Shown here one piece after another: positions 1 to 9,997 of a DNA stretch of 64,000 bases (positions are counted from its first letter, which is position 1; each line of letters opens with the position of its first letter). The stretch is from positions 15,996,001-16,060,000 of the forward strand of contig JBHGNT010000004.1 in NCBI GenBank assembly GCA_043228905.1. The letters are read 5' to 3'. Source of the DNA: Azolla caroliniana. Lineage: Eukaryota; Plantae; Polypodiophyta. The notes below the pieces were generated by a model, which had not been told where the DNA came from, made no database searches, and saw only the letters and a program-made list of their open reading frames with translations. The translations under genes were made by a program, and so were the position numbers.

Positions 1-550
1 GGTCATCAATCAAGCCGACTCGGATGGTTTGTGGTATCCGATCCGATTCGGAGCAAAGGTTCTCAACGAAAGGCAACGTGGATATGCGCAAGTCAAAAGA
101 GAACTGTGGGGAGTCGTGTCGGCGATAAAATCGGATCGGGATTATTTGATCGGAGCCGAAGTGGTGATCGAGACGGATTGTCTTCCGATACTCGGGATGA
201 TGCGGTGTTGTACGATACCGGATGTAGCTATGCTAAGGTGGGTTGCATATGTCAAGTCGCTTAATCCGGAGGTTCGACACATCTCGGGGAAGGACAACGC
301 GGTAGCGGATATGTTATCAAGGGCTCGGTTCGGAGACCACTACCCGCCGATAGCGAACAAAAGAGGAAAGAAGTCTCGGGAGATCCGACACTTCGGAAGT
401 CCGTGGATATCGGACATGCCTTCATGGATGAGACCCGGAAGAAACTTCGGATCGGTGGAGGTGGGTTCCTATTACAAAAAGAAGAAGAACGGTTTCGCGA
501 GATGTTGGAGCAATACGGCAAAGCATTTGCATTTACATCAAGGGAGATAG
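1..550 (+). CDS. Gypsy RNase H, 3' part of a partial array copy
   Basis: ORF 29..550 identical to the C-terminus of the array ORF (ETDCLP, NAVADMLSR). Confidence 0.75.
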   Translation, partial: VINQADSDGLWYPIRFGAKVLNERQRGYAQVKRELWGVVSAIKSDRDYLIGAEVVIETDCLPILGMMRCCTIPDVAMLRWVAYVKSLNPEVRHISGKDNAVADMLSRARFGDHYPPIANKRGKKSREIRHFGSPWISDMPSWMRPGRNFGSVEVGSYYKKKKNGFARCWSNTAKHLHLHQGR

Positions 551-2136
551 GGTGCGTCAATCCGAGAATAGTGGAGCCGATGGTGATCTTCACGATTGAC
601 CATGTACCGTGGAACCTGAAGCCGATTCCGGTGCCACGAGCGCATATTCCAAAAGTCATTGACTTGCTCAAGGAGAAGGTGGCGATGGGGATTCTAGAGC
701 CATCAACTGCTCCGTACTCAAATCGATGGTTTACGGTTCCGAAGAAGAATGGGTCACTCCGATTTATCCAAGACTTGCAACCGGTGAATAAGGTCACGAT
801 CCGGAACTCGGGAGTCGGTCCGATAGTGGACGAATTTGCGGAAGCTTTTGCCGGTCGTGCGATATACTCCATCGGAGACCTATACTCGGGGTATGACCAA
901 TTCCAACTAGCCGTGGAGAGCCGAGACATCACAACCATGCGAACACCGATAGGATTAGTCCGAATGTGCACACTACCACAAGGAGCGACAAACTCGGTTG
1001 CTCATATGATGAACGCGATGAACAAGGTGCTTCGAGACTGCATTGCGGAGATAACGATGCCGTTCCTCGATGACATTCCGATGAAAGGATGCGCGGTAGA
1101 AGAAAAAGATGAGACTATGGATGATCGGGGATGCCGAAAGTTCGTGGTCGACCATATTCATGATTGCGAGAAAGTGTTGCGAAAGCTAGAGGATGTGCAC
1201 CTAACACTTTCCGGGGAGAAATCGGCATTCGGGCAAGAAGAAATATTGGTGGTCGGACATCTATGTGGGCCCTACGGCCGAAGACCGTCACCAACAAAGA
1301 TCGATGCGATTCAAGCTATGGAGGAAGTATGCGAGTCAACATCCGAAGTCCGAAGGTTTCTCGGTGCATGTGCATTCTATCACATATGGATTCCGCACTA
1401 TGCACATATAGCGGATCCACTCTACCACTTGTTGCGGAAAGGTAAGAAATTCGAATGGAAACCGGAACACACCAAAGCCATGAAGAAATTGAAGAAGACA
1501 CTTCGGAGGGCGGAAGCACTTAAGAAACCGAGCTATGACCGACCGATCATAGTAACGGTTGATACAAGTCCAACCGGTATCGGGTGGGTCATCAATCAAG
1601 CCGACTCGGATGGTTTGTGGTATCCGATCCGATTCGGAGCAAAGGTTCTCAACGAAAGGCAACGTGGATATGCGCAAGTCAAAAGAGAACTGTGGGGAGT
1701 CGTGTCGGCGATAAAATCGGATCGGGATTATTTGATCGGAGCCGAAGTGGTGATCGAGACGGATTGTCTTCCGATACTCGGGATGATGCGGTGTTGTACG
1801 ATACCGGATGTAGCTATGCTAAGGTGGGTTGCATATGTCAAGTCGCTTAATCCGGAGGTTCGACACATCTCGGGGAAGGACAACGCGGTAGCGGATATGT
1901 TATCAAGGGCTCGGTTCGGAGACCACTACCCGCCGATAGCGAACAAAAGAGGAAAGAAGTCTCGGGAGATCCGACACTTCGGAAGTCCGTGGATATCGGA
2001 CATGCCTTCATGGATGAGACCCGGAAGAAACTTCGGATCGGTGGAGGTGGGTTCCTATTACAAAAAGAAGAAGAACGGTTTCGCGAGATGTTGGAGCAAT
2101 ACGGCAAAGCATTTGCATTTACATCAAGGGAGATAG
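403..2136 (+). CDS. Gypsy reverse transcriptase-RNase H, array copy 1
   Basis: DLYSGYDQ, LPQGATNS, PFLDD (YXDD-equivalent), RNase H TVDTS / RELWG / ETD / NAVAD; last ~70 aa are out-of-frame read-through into the next unit. Confidence 0.85.
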   Translation: MDIGHAFMDETRKKLRIGGGGFLLQKEEERFREMLEQYGKAFAFTSREIGCVNPRIVEPMVIFTIDHVPWNLKPIPVPRAHIPKVIDLLKEKVAMGILEPSTAPYSNRWFTVPKKNGSLRFIQDLQPVNKVTIRNSGVGPIVDEFAEAFAGRAIYSIGDLYSGYDQFQLAVESRDITTMRTPIGLVRMCTLPQGATNSVAHMMNAMNKVLRDCIAEITMPFLDDIPMKGCAVEEKDETMDDRGCRKFVVDHIHDCEKVLRKLEDVHLTLSGEKSAFGQEEILVVGHLCGPYGRRPSPTKIDAIQAMEEVCESTSEVRRFLGACAFYHIWIPHYAHIADPLYHLLRKGKKFEWKPEHTKAMKKLKKTLRRAEALKKPSYDRPIIVTVDTSPTGIGWVINQADSDGLWYPIRFGAKVLNERQRGYAQVKRELWGVVSAIKSDRDYLIGAEVVIETDCLPILGMMRCCTIPDVAMLRWVAYVKSLNPEVRHISGKDNAVADMLSRARFGDHYPPIANKRGKKSREIRHFGSPWISDMPSWMRPGRNFGSVEVGSYYKKKKNGFARCWSNTAKHLHLHQGR

Positions 2137-3653
2137 GGTGCGTCAATCCGAGAATAGTGGAGCCGATGGTGATCTTCACGATTGACCATGTACCGTGGAA
2201 CCTGAAGCCGATTCCGGTGCCACGAGCGCATATTCCAAAAGTCATTGACTTGCTCAAGGAGAAGGTGGCGATGGGGATTCTAGAGCCATCAACTGCTCCG
2301 TACTCAAATCGATGGTTTACGGTTCCGAAGAAGAATGGGTCACTCCGATTTATCCAAGACTTGCAACCGGTGAATAAGGTCACGATCCGGAACTCGGGAG
2401 TCGGTCCGATAGTGGACGAATTTGCGGAAGCTTTTGCCGGTCGTGCGATATACTCCATCGGAGACCTATACTCGGGGTATGACCAATTCCAACTAGCCGT
2501 GGAGAGCCGAGACATCACAACCATGCGAACACCGATAGGATTAGTCCGAATGTGCACACTACCACAAGGAGCGACAAACTCGGTTGCTCATATGATGAAC
2601 GCGATGAACAAGGTGCTTCGAGACTGCATTGCGGAGATAACGATGCCGTTCCTCGATGACATTCCGATGAAAGGATGCGCGGTAGAAGAAAAAGATGAGA
2701 CTATGGATGATCGGGGATGCCGAAAGTTCNNNNNNNNNNNNNNNNNNNNNNNNNNNNNNNNNNNNNNNNNNNNNNNNNNNNNNNNNNNNNNNNNNNNNNN
2801 NNNNNNNNNNNNNNNNNNNNNNNNNNNNNAAGCTATGGAGGAAGTATGCGAGTCAACATCCGAAGTCCGAAGGTTTCTCGGTGCATGTGCATTCTATCAC
2901 ATATGGATTCCGCACTATGCACATATAGCGGATCCACTCTACCACTTGTTGCGGAAAGGTAAGAAATTCGAATGGAAACCGGAACACACCAAAGCCATGA
3001 AGAAATTGAAGAAGACACTTCGGAGGGCGGAAGCACTTAAGAAACCGAGCTATGACCGACCGATCATAGTAACGGTTGATACAAGTCCAACCGGTATCGG
3101 GTGGGTCATCAATCAAGCCGACTCGGATGGTTTGTGGTATCCGATCCGATTCGGAGCAAAGGTTCTCAACGAAAGGCAACGTGGATATGCGCAAGTCAAA
3201 AGAGAACTGTGGGGAGTCGTGTCGGCGATAAAATCGGATCGGGATTATTTGATCGGAGCCGAAGTGGTGATCGAGACGGATTGTCTTCCGATACTCGGGA
3301 TGATGCGGTGTTGTACGATACCGGATGTAGCTATGCTAAGGTGGGTTGCATATGTCAAGTCGCTTAATCCGGAGGTTCGACACATCTCGGGGAAGGACAA
3401 CGCGGTAGCGGATATGTTATCAAGGGCTCGGTTCGGAGACCACTACCCGCCGATAGCGAACAAAAGAGGAAAGAAGTCTCGGGAGATCCGACACTTCGGA
3501 AGTCCGTGGATATCGGACATGCCTTCATGGATGAGACCCGGAAGAAACTTCGGATCGGTGGAGGTGGGTTCCTATTACAAAAAGAAGAAGAACGGTTTCG
3601 CGAGATGTTGGAGCAATACGGCAAAGCATTTGCATTTACATCAAGGGAGATAG
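1989..3653 (+). CDS. Gypsy RT-RNase H, array copy 2 (spans assembly gap)
   Basis: Same protein interrupted by 100 N. Confidence 0.65.
   Translation: MDIGHAFMDETRKKLRIGGGGFLLQKEEERFREMLEQYGKAFAFTSREIGCVNPRIVEPMVIFTIDHVPWNLKPIPVPRAHIPKVIDLLKEKVAMGILEPSTAPYSNRWFTVPKKNGSLRFIQDLQPVNKVTIRNSGVGPIVDEFAEAFAGRAIYSIGDLYSGYDQFQLAVESRDITTMRTPIGLVRMCTLPQGATNSVAHMMNAMNKVLRDCIAEITMPFLDDIPMKGCAVEEKDETMDDRGCRKFXXXXXXXXXXXXXXXXXXXXXXXXXXXXXXXXXXAMEEVCESTSEVRRFLGACAFYHIWIPHYAHIADPLYHLLRKGKKFEWKPEHTKAMKKLKKTLRRAEALKKPSYDRPIIVTVDTSPTGIGWVINQADSDGLWYPIRFGAKVLNERQRGYAQVKRELWGVVSAIKSDRDYLIGAEVVIETDCLPILGMMRCCTIPDVAMLRWVAYVKSLNPEVRHISGKDNAVADMLSRARFGDHYPPIANKRGKKSREIRHFGSPWISDMPSWMRPGRNFGSVEVGSYYKKKKNGFARCWSNTAKHLHLHQGR
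2730..2829. other. Assembly gap (100 N), true size unknown
   Basis: Run of exactly 100 N inside the array. Confidence 0.99.
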
Positions 3654-5239
3654 GGTGCGTCAATCCGAGAATAGTGGAGCCGATGGTGATCTTCACGATT
3701 GACCATGTACCGTGGAACCTGAAGCCGATTCCGGTGCCACGAGCGCATATTCCAAAAGTCATTGACTTGCTCAAGGAGAAGGTGGCGATGGGGATTCTAG
3801 AGCCATCAACTGCTCCGTACTCAAATCGATGGTTTACGGTTCCGAAGAAGAATGGGTCACTCCGATTTATCCAAGACTTGCAACCGGTGAATAAGGTCAC
3901 GATCCGGAACTCGGGAGTCGGTCCGATAGTGGACGAATTTGCGGAAGCTTTTGCCGGTCGTGCGATATACTCCATCGGAGACCTATACTCGGGGTATGAC
4001 CAATTCCAACTAGCCGTGGAGAGCCGAGACATCACAACCATGCGAACACCGATAGGATTAGTCCGAATGTGCACACTACCACAAGGAGCGACAAACTCGG
4101 TTGCTCATATGATGAACGCGATGAACAAGGTGCTTCGAGACTGCATTGCGGAGATAACGATGCCGTTCCTCGATGACATTCCGATGAAAGGATGCGCGGT
4201 AGAAGAAAAAGATGAGACTATGGATGATCGGGGATGCCGAAAGTTCGTGGTCGACCATATTCATGATTGCGAGAAAGTGTTGCGAAAGCTAGAGGATGTG
4301 CACCTAACACTTTCCGGGGAGAAATCGGCATTCGGGCAAGAAGAAATATTGGTGGTCGGACATCTATGTGGGCCCTACGGCCGAAGACCGTCACCAACAA
4401 AGATCGATGCGATTCAAGCTATGGAGGAAGTATGCGAGTCAACATCCGAAGTCCGAAGGTTTCTCGGTGCATGTGCATTCTATCACATATGGATTCCGCA
4501 CTATGCACATATAGCGGATCCACTCTACCACTTGTTGCGGAAAGGTAAGAAATTCGAATGGAAACCGGAACACACCAAAGCCATGAAGAAATTGAAGAAG
4601 ACACTTCGGAGGGCGGAAGCACTTAAGAAACCGAGCTATGACCGACCGATCATAGTAACGGTTGATACAAGTCCAACCGGTATCGGGTGGGTCATCAATC
4701 AAGCCGACTCGGATGGTTTGTGGTATCCGATCCGATTCGGAGCAAAGGTTCTCAACGAAAGGCAACGTGGATATGCGCAAGTCAAAAGAGAACTGTGGGG
4801 AGTCGTGTCGGCGATAAAATCGGATCGGGATTATTTGATCGGAGCCGAAGTGGTGATCGAGACGGATTGTCTTCCGATACTCGGGATGATGCGGTGTTGT
4901 ACGATACCGGATGTAGCTATGCTAAGGTGGGTTGCATATGTCAAGTCGCTTAATCCGGAGGTTCGACACATCTCGGGGAAGGACAACGCGGTAGCGGATA
5001 TGTTATCAAGGGCTCGGTTCGGAGACCACTACCCGCCGATAGCGAACAAAAGAGGAAAGAAGTCTCGGGAGATCCGACACTTCGGAAGTCCGTGGATATC
5101 GGACATGCCTTCATGGATGAGACCCGGAAGAAACTTCGGATCGGTGGAGGTGGGTTCCTATTACAAAAAGAAGAAGAACGGTTTCGCGAGATGTTGGAGC
5201 AATACGGCAAAGCATTTGCATTTACATCAAGGGAGATAG
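3506..5239 (+). CDS. Gypsy RT-RNase H, array copy 3
   Basis: 577-aa ORF identical to copy 1. Confidence 0.85.
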   Translation: MDIGHAFMDETRKKLRIGGGGFLLQKEEERFREMLEQYGKAFAFTSREIGCVNPRIVEPMVIFTIDHVPWNLKPIPVPRAHIPKVIDLLKEKVAMGILEPSTAPYSNRWFTVPKKNGSLRFIQDLQPVNKVTIRNSGVGPIVDEFAEAFAGRAIYSIGDLYSGYDQFQLAVESRDITTMRTPIGLVRMCTLPQGATNSVAHMMNAMNKVLRDCIAEITMPFLDDIPMKGCAVEEKDETMDDRGCRKFVVDHIHDCEKVLRKLEDVHLTLSGEKSAFGQEEILVVGHLCGPYGRRPSPTKIDAIQAMEEVCESTSEVRRFLGACAFYHIWIPHYAHIADPLYHLLRKGKKFEWKPEHTKAMKKLKKTLRRAEALKKPSYDRPIIVTVDTSPTGIGWVINQADSDGLWYPIRFGAKVLNERQRGYAQVKRELWGVVSAIKSDRDYLIGAEVVIETDCLPILGMMRCCTIPDVAMLRWVAYVKSLNPEVRHISGKDNAVADMLSRARFGDHYPPIANKRGKKSREIRHFGSPWISDMPSWMRPGRNFGSVEVGSYYKKKKNGFARCWSNTAKHLHLHQGR

Positions 5240-6825
5240 GGTGCGTCAATCCGAGAATAGTGGAGCCGATGGTGATCTTCACGATTGACCATGTACCGTG
5301 GAACCTGAAGCCGATTCCGGTGCCACGAGCGCATATTCCAAAAGTCATTGACTTGCTCAAGGAGAAGGTGGCGATGGGGATTCTAGAGCCATCAACTGCT
5401 CCGTACTCAAATCGATGGTTTACGGTTCCGAAGAAGAATGGGTCACTCCGATTTATCCAAGACTTGCAACCGGTGAATAAGGTCACGATCCGGAACTCGG
5501 GAGTCGGTCCGATAGTGGACGAATTTGCGGAAGCTTTTGCCGGTCGTGCGATATACTCCATCGGAGACCTATACTCGGGGTATGACCAATTCCAACTAGC
5601 CGTGGAGAGCCGAGACATCACAACCATGCGAACACCGATAGGATTAGTCCGAATGTGCACACTACCACAAGGAGCGACAAACTCGGTTGCTCATATGATG
5701 AACGCGATGAACAAGGTGCTTCGAGACTGCATTGCGGAGATAACGATGCCGTTCCTCGATGACATTCCGATGAAAGGATGCGCGGTAGAAGAAAAAGATG
5801 AGACTATGGATGATCGGGGATGCCGAAAGTTCGTGGTCGACCATATTCATGATTGCGAGAAAGTGTTGCGAAAGCTAGAGGATGTGCACCTAACACTTTC
5901 CGGGGAGAAATCGGCATTCGGGCAAGAAGAAATATTGGTGGTCGGACATCTATGTGGGCCCTACGGCCGAAGACCGTCACCAACAAAGATCGATGCGATT
6001 CAAGCTATGGAGGAAGTATGCGAGTCAACATCCGAAGTCCGAAGGTTTCTCGGTGCATGTGCATTCTATCACATATGGATTCCGCACTATGCACATATAG
6101 CGGATCCACTCTACCACTTGTTGCGGAAAGGTAAGAAATTCGAATGGAAACCGGAACACACCAAAGCCATGAAGAAATTGAAGAAGACACTTCGGAGGGC
6201 GGAAGCACTTAAGAAACCGAGCTATGACCGACCGATCATAGTAACGGTTGATACAAGTCCAACCGGTATCGGGTGGGTCATCAATCAAGCCGACTCGGAT
6301 GGTTTGTGGTATCCGATCCGATTCGGAGCAAAGGTTCTCAACGAAAGGCAACGTGGATATGCGCAAGTCAAAAGAGAACTGTGGGGAGTCGTGTCGGCGA
6401 TAAAATCGGATCGGGATTATTTGATCGGAGCCGAAGTGGTGATCGAGACGGATTGTCTTCCGATACTCGGGATGATGCGGTGTTGTACGATACCGGATGT
6501 AGCTATGCTAAGGTGGGTTGCATATGTCAAGTCGCTTAATCCGGAGGTTCGACACATCTCGGGGAAGGACAACGCGGTAGCGGATATGTTATCAAGGGCT
6601 CGGTTCGGAGACCACTACCCGCCGATAGCGAACAAAAGAGGAAAGAAGTCTCGGGAGATCCGACACTTCGGAAGTCCGTGGATATCGGACATGCCTTCAT
6701 GGATGAGACCCGGAAGAAACTTCGGATCGGTGGAGGTGGGTTCCTATTACAAAAAGAAGAAGAACGGTTTCGCGAGATGTTGGAGCAATACGGCAAAGCA
6801 TTTGCATTTACATCAAGGGAGATAG
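5092..6825 (+). CDS. Gypsy RT-RNase H, array copy 4
   Basis: 577-aa ORF identical to copy 1. Confidence 0.85.
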   Translation: MDIGHAFMDETRKKLRIGGGGFLLQKEEERFREMLEQYGKAFAFTSREIGCVNPRIVEPMVIFTIDHVPWNLKPIPVPRAHIPKVIDLLKEKVAMGILEPSTAPYSNRWFTVPKKNGSLRFIQDLQPVNKVTIRNSGVGPIVDEFAEAFAGRAIYSIGDLYSGYDQFQLAVESRDITTMRTPIGLVRMCTLPQGATNSVAHMMNAMNKVLRDCIAEITMPFLDDIPMKGCAVEEKDETMDDRGCRKFVVDHIHDCEKVLRKLEDVHLTLSGEKSAFGQEEILVVGHLCGPYGRRPSPTKIDAIQAMEEVCESTSEVRRFLGACAFYHIWIPHYAHIADPLYHLLRKGKKFEWKPEHTKAMKKLKKTLRRAEALKKPSYDRPIIVTVDTSPTGIGWVINQADSDGLWYPIRFGAKVLNERQRGYAQVKRELWGVVSAIKSDRDYLIGAEVVIETDCLPILGMMRCCTIPDVAMLRWVAYVKSLNPEVRHISGKDNAVADMLSRARFGDHYPPIANKRGKKSREIRHFGSPWISDMPSWMRPGRNFGSVEVGSYYKKKKNGFARCWSNTAKHLHLHQGR

Positions 6826-8411
6826 GGTGCGTCAATCCGAGAATAGTGGAGCCGATGGTGATCTTCACGATTGACCATGTACCGTGGAACCTGAAGCCGA
6901 TTCCGGTGCCACGAGCGCATATTCCAAAAGTCATTGACTTGCTCAAGGAGAAGGTGGCGATGGGGATTCTAGAGCCATCAACTGCTCCGTACTCAAATCG
7001 ATGGTTTACGGTTCCGAAGAAGAATGGGTCACTCCGATTTATCCAAGACTTGCAACCGGTGAATAAGGTCACGATCCGGAACTCGGGAGTCGGTCCGATA
7101 GTGGACGAATTTGCGGAAGCTTTTGCCGGTCGTGCGATATACTCCATCGGAGACCTATACTCGGGGTATGACCAATTCCAACTAGCCGTGGAGAGCCGAG
7201 ACATCACAACCATGCGAACACCGATAGGATTAGTCCGAATGTGCACACTACCACAAGGAGCGACAAACTCGGTTGCTCATATGATGAACGCGATGAACAA
7301 GGTGCTTCGAGACTGCATTGCGGAGATAACGATGCCGTTCCTCGATGACATTCCGATGAAAGGATGCGCGGTAGAAGAAAAAGATGAGACTATGGATGAT
7401 CGGGGATGCCGAAAGTTCGTGGTCGACCATATTCATGATTGCGAGAAAGTGTTGCGAAAGCTAGAGGATGTGCACCTAACACTTTCCGGGGAGAAATCGG
7501 CATTCGGGCAAGAAGAAATATTGGTGGTCGGACATCTATGTGGGCCCTACGGCCGAAGACCGTCACCAACAAAGATCGATGCGATTCAAGCTATGGAGGA
7601 AGTATGCGAGTCAACATCCGAAGTCCGAAGGTTTCTCGGTGCATGTGCATTCTATCACATATGGATTCCGCACTATGCACATATAGCGGATCCACTCTAC
7701 CACTTGTTGCGGAAAGGTAAGAAATTCGAATGGAAACCGGAACACACCAAAGCCATGAAGAAATTGAAGAAGACACTTCGGAGGGCGGAAGCACTTAAGA
7801 AACCGAGCTATGACCGACCGATCATAGTAACGGTTGATACAAGTCCAACCGGTATCGGGTGGGTCATCAATCAAGCCGACTCGGATGGTTTGTGGTATCC
7901 GATCCGATTCGGAGCAAAGGTTCTCAACGAAAGGCAACGTGGATATGCGCAAGTCAAAAGAGAACTGTGGGGAGTCGTGTCGGCGATAAAATCGGATCGG
8001 GATTATTTGATCGGAGCCGAAGTGGTGATCGAGACGGATTGTCTTCCGATACTCGGGATGATGCGGTGTTGTACGATACCGGATGTAGCTATGCTAAGGT
8101 GGGTTGCATATGTCAAGTCGCTTAATCCGGAGGTTCGACACATCTCGGGGAAGGACAACGCGGTAGCGGATATGTTATCAAGGGCTCGGTTCGGAGACCA
8201 CTACCCGCCGATAGCGAACAAAAGAGGAAAGAAGTCTCGGGAGATCCGACACTTCGGAAGTCCGTGGATATCGGACATGCCTTCATGGATGAGACCCGGA
8301 AGAAACTTCGGATCGGTGGAGGTGGGTTCCTATTACAAAAAGAAGAAGAACGGTTTCGCGAGATGTTGGAGCAATACGGCAAAGCATTTGCATTTACATC
8401 AAGGGAGATAG
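6678..8411 (+). CDS. Gypsy RT-RNase H, array copy 5
   Basis: 577-aa ORF identical to copy 1. Confidence 0.85.
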   Translation: MDIGHAFMDETRKKLRIGGGGFLLQKEEERFREMLEQYGKAFAFTSREIGCVNPRIVEPMVIFTIDHVPWNLKPIPVPRAHIPKVIDLLKEKVAMGILEPSTAPYSNRWFTVPKKNGSLRFIQDLQPVNKVTIRNSGVGPIVDEFAEAFAGRAIYSIGDLYSGYDQFQLAVESRDITTMRTPIGLVRMCTLPQGATNSVAHMMNAMNKVLRDCIAEITMPFLDDIPMKGCAVEEKDETMDDRGCRKFVVDHIHDCEKVLRKLEDVHLTLSGEKSAFGQEEILVVGHLCGPYGRRPSPTKIDAIQAMEEVCESTSEVRRFLGACAFYHIWIPHYAHIADPLYHLLRKGKKFEWKPEHTKAMKKLKKTLRRAEALKKPSYDRPIIVTVDTSPTGIGWVINQADSDGLWYPIRFGAKVLNERQRGYAQVKRELWGVVSAIKSDRDYLIGAEVVIETDCLPILGMMRCCTIPDVAMLRWVAYVKSLNPEVRHISGKDNAVADMLSRARFGDHYPPIANKRGKKSREIRHFGSPWISDMPSWMRPGRNFGSVEVGSYYKKKKNGFARCWSNTAKHLHLHQGR

Positions 8412-9997
8412 GGTGCGTCAATCCGAGAATAGTGGAGCCGATGGTGATCTTCACGATTGACCATGTACCGTGGAACCTGAAGCCGATTCCGGTGCCACGA
8501 GCGCATATTCCAAAAGTCATTGACTTGCTCAAGGAGAAGGTGGCGATGGGGATTCTAGAGCCATCAACTGCTCCGTACTCAAATCGATGGTTTACGGTTC
8601 CGAAGAAGAATGGGTCACTCCGATTTATCCAAGACTTGCAACCGGTGAATAAGGTCACGATCCGGAACTCGGGAGTCGGTCCGATAGTGGACGAATTTGC
8701 GGAAGCTTTTGCCGGTCGTGCGATATACTCCATCGGAGACCTATACTCGGGGTATGACCAATTCCAACTAGCCGTGGAGAGCCGAGACATCACAACCATG
8801 CGAACACCGATAGGATTAGTCCGAATGTGCACACTACCACAAGGAGCGACAAACTCGGTTGCTCATATGATGAACGCGATGAACAAGGTGCTTCGAGACT
8901 GCATTGCGGAGATAACGATGCCGTTCCTCGATGACATTCCGATGAAAGGATGCGCGGTAGAAGAAAAAGATGAGACTATGGATGATCGGGGATGCCGAAA
9001 GTTCGTGGTCGACCATATTCATGATTGCGAGAAAGTGTTGCGAAAGCTAGAGGATGTGCACCTAACACTTTCCGGGGAGAAATCGGCATTCGGGCAAGAA
9101 GAAATATTGGTGGTCGGACATCTATGTGGGCCCTACGGCCGAAGACCGTCACCAACAAAGATCGATGCGATTCAAGCTATGGAGGAAGTATGCGAGTCAA
9201 CATCCGAAGTCCGAAGGTTTCTCGGTGCATGTGCATTCTATCACATATGGATTCCGCACTATGCACATATAGCGGATCCACTCTACCACTTGTTGCGGAA
9301 AGGTAAGAAATTCGAATGGAAACCGGAACACACCAAAGCCATGAAGAAATTGAAGAAGACACTTCGGAGGGCGGAAGCACTTAAGAAACCGAGCTATGAC
9401 CGACCGATCATAGTAACGGTTGATACAAGTCCAACCGGTATCGGGTGGGTCATCAATCAAGCCGACTCGGATGGTTTGTGGTATCCGATCCGATTCGGAG
9501 CAAAGGTTCTCAACGAAAGGCAACGTGGATATGCGCAAGTCAAAAGAGAACTGTGGGGAGTCGTGTCGGCGATAAAATCGGATCGGGATTATTTGATCGG
9601 AGCCGAAGTGGTGATCGAGACGGATTGTCTTCCGATACTCGGGATGATGCGGTGTTGTACGATACCGGATGTAGCTATGCTAAGGTGGGTTGCATATGTC
9701 AAGTCGCTTAATCCGGAGGTTCGACACATCTCGGGGAAGGACAACGCGGTAGCGGATATGTTATCAAGGGCTCGGTTCGGAGACCACTACCCGCCGATAG
9801 CGAACAAAAGAGGAAAGAAGTCTCGGGAGATCCGACACTTCGGAAGTCCGTGGATATCGGACATGCCTTCATGGATGAGACCCGGAAGAAACTTCGGATC
9901 GGTGGAGGTGGGTTCCTATTACAAAAAGAAGAAGAACGGTTTCGCGAGATGTTGGAGCAATACGGCAAAGCATTTGCATTTACATCAAGGGAGATAG
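8264..9997 (+). CDS. Gypsy RT-RNase H, array copy 6
   Basis: 577-aa ORF identical to copy 1. Confidence 0.85.
   Translation: MDIGHAFMDETRKKLRIGGGGFLLQKEEERFREMLEQYGKAFAFTSREIGCVNPRIVEPMVIFTIDHVPWNLKPIPVPRAHIPKVIDLLKEKVAMGILEPSTAPYSNRWFTVPKKNGSLRFIQDLQPVNKVTIRNSGVGPIVDEFAEAFAGRAIYSIGDLYSGYDQFQLAVESRDITTMRTPIGLVRMCTLPQGATNSVAHMMNAMNKVLRDCIAEITMPFLDDIPMKGCAVEEKDETMDDRGCRKFVVDHIHDCEKVLRKLEDVHLTLSGEKSAFGQEEILVVGHLCGPYGRRPSPTKIDAIQAMEEVCESTSEVRRFLGACAFYHIWIPHYAHIADPLYHLLRKGKKFEWKPEHTKAMKKLKKTLRRAEALKKPSYDRPIIVTVDTSPTGIGWVINQADSDGLWYPIRFGAKVLNERQRGYAQVKRELWGVVSAIKSDRDYLIGAEVVIETDCLPILGMMRCCTIPDVAMLRWVAYVKSLNPEVRHISGKDNAVADMLSRARFGDHYPPIANKRGKKSREIRHFGSPWISDMPSWMRPGRNFGSVEVGSYYKKKKNGFARCWSNTAKHLHLHQGR

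Noticed and set aside
470-490. C-AAA-AAG as a -1 ribosomal slippery site linking array copies
   Set aside because: Does not fit X-XXY-YYZ, is ordinary RT-frame coding sequence (LQKEEE), and no downstream stimulator was seen
261-971. 236-aa antisense ORF and other short ORFs repeated in every unit
   Set aside because: Shadow frames of RT with no recognisable motifs; they recur only because the DNA is repeated
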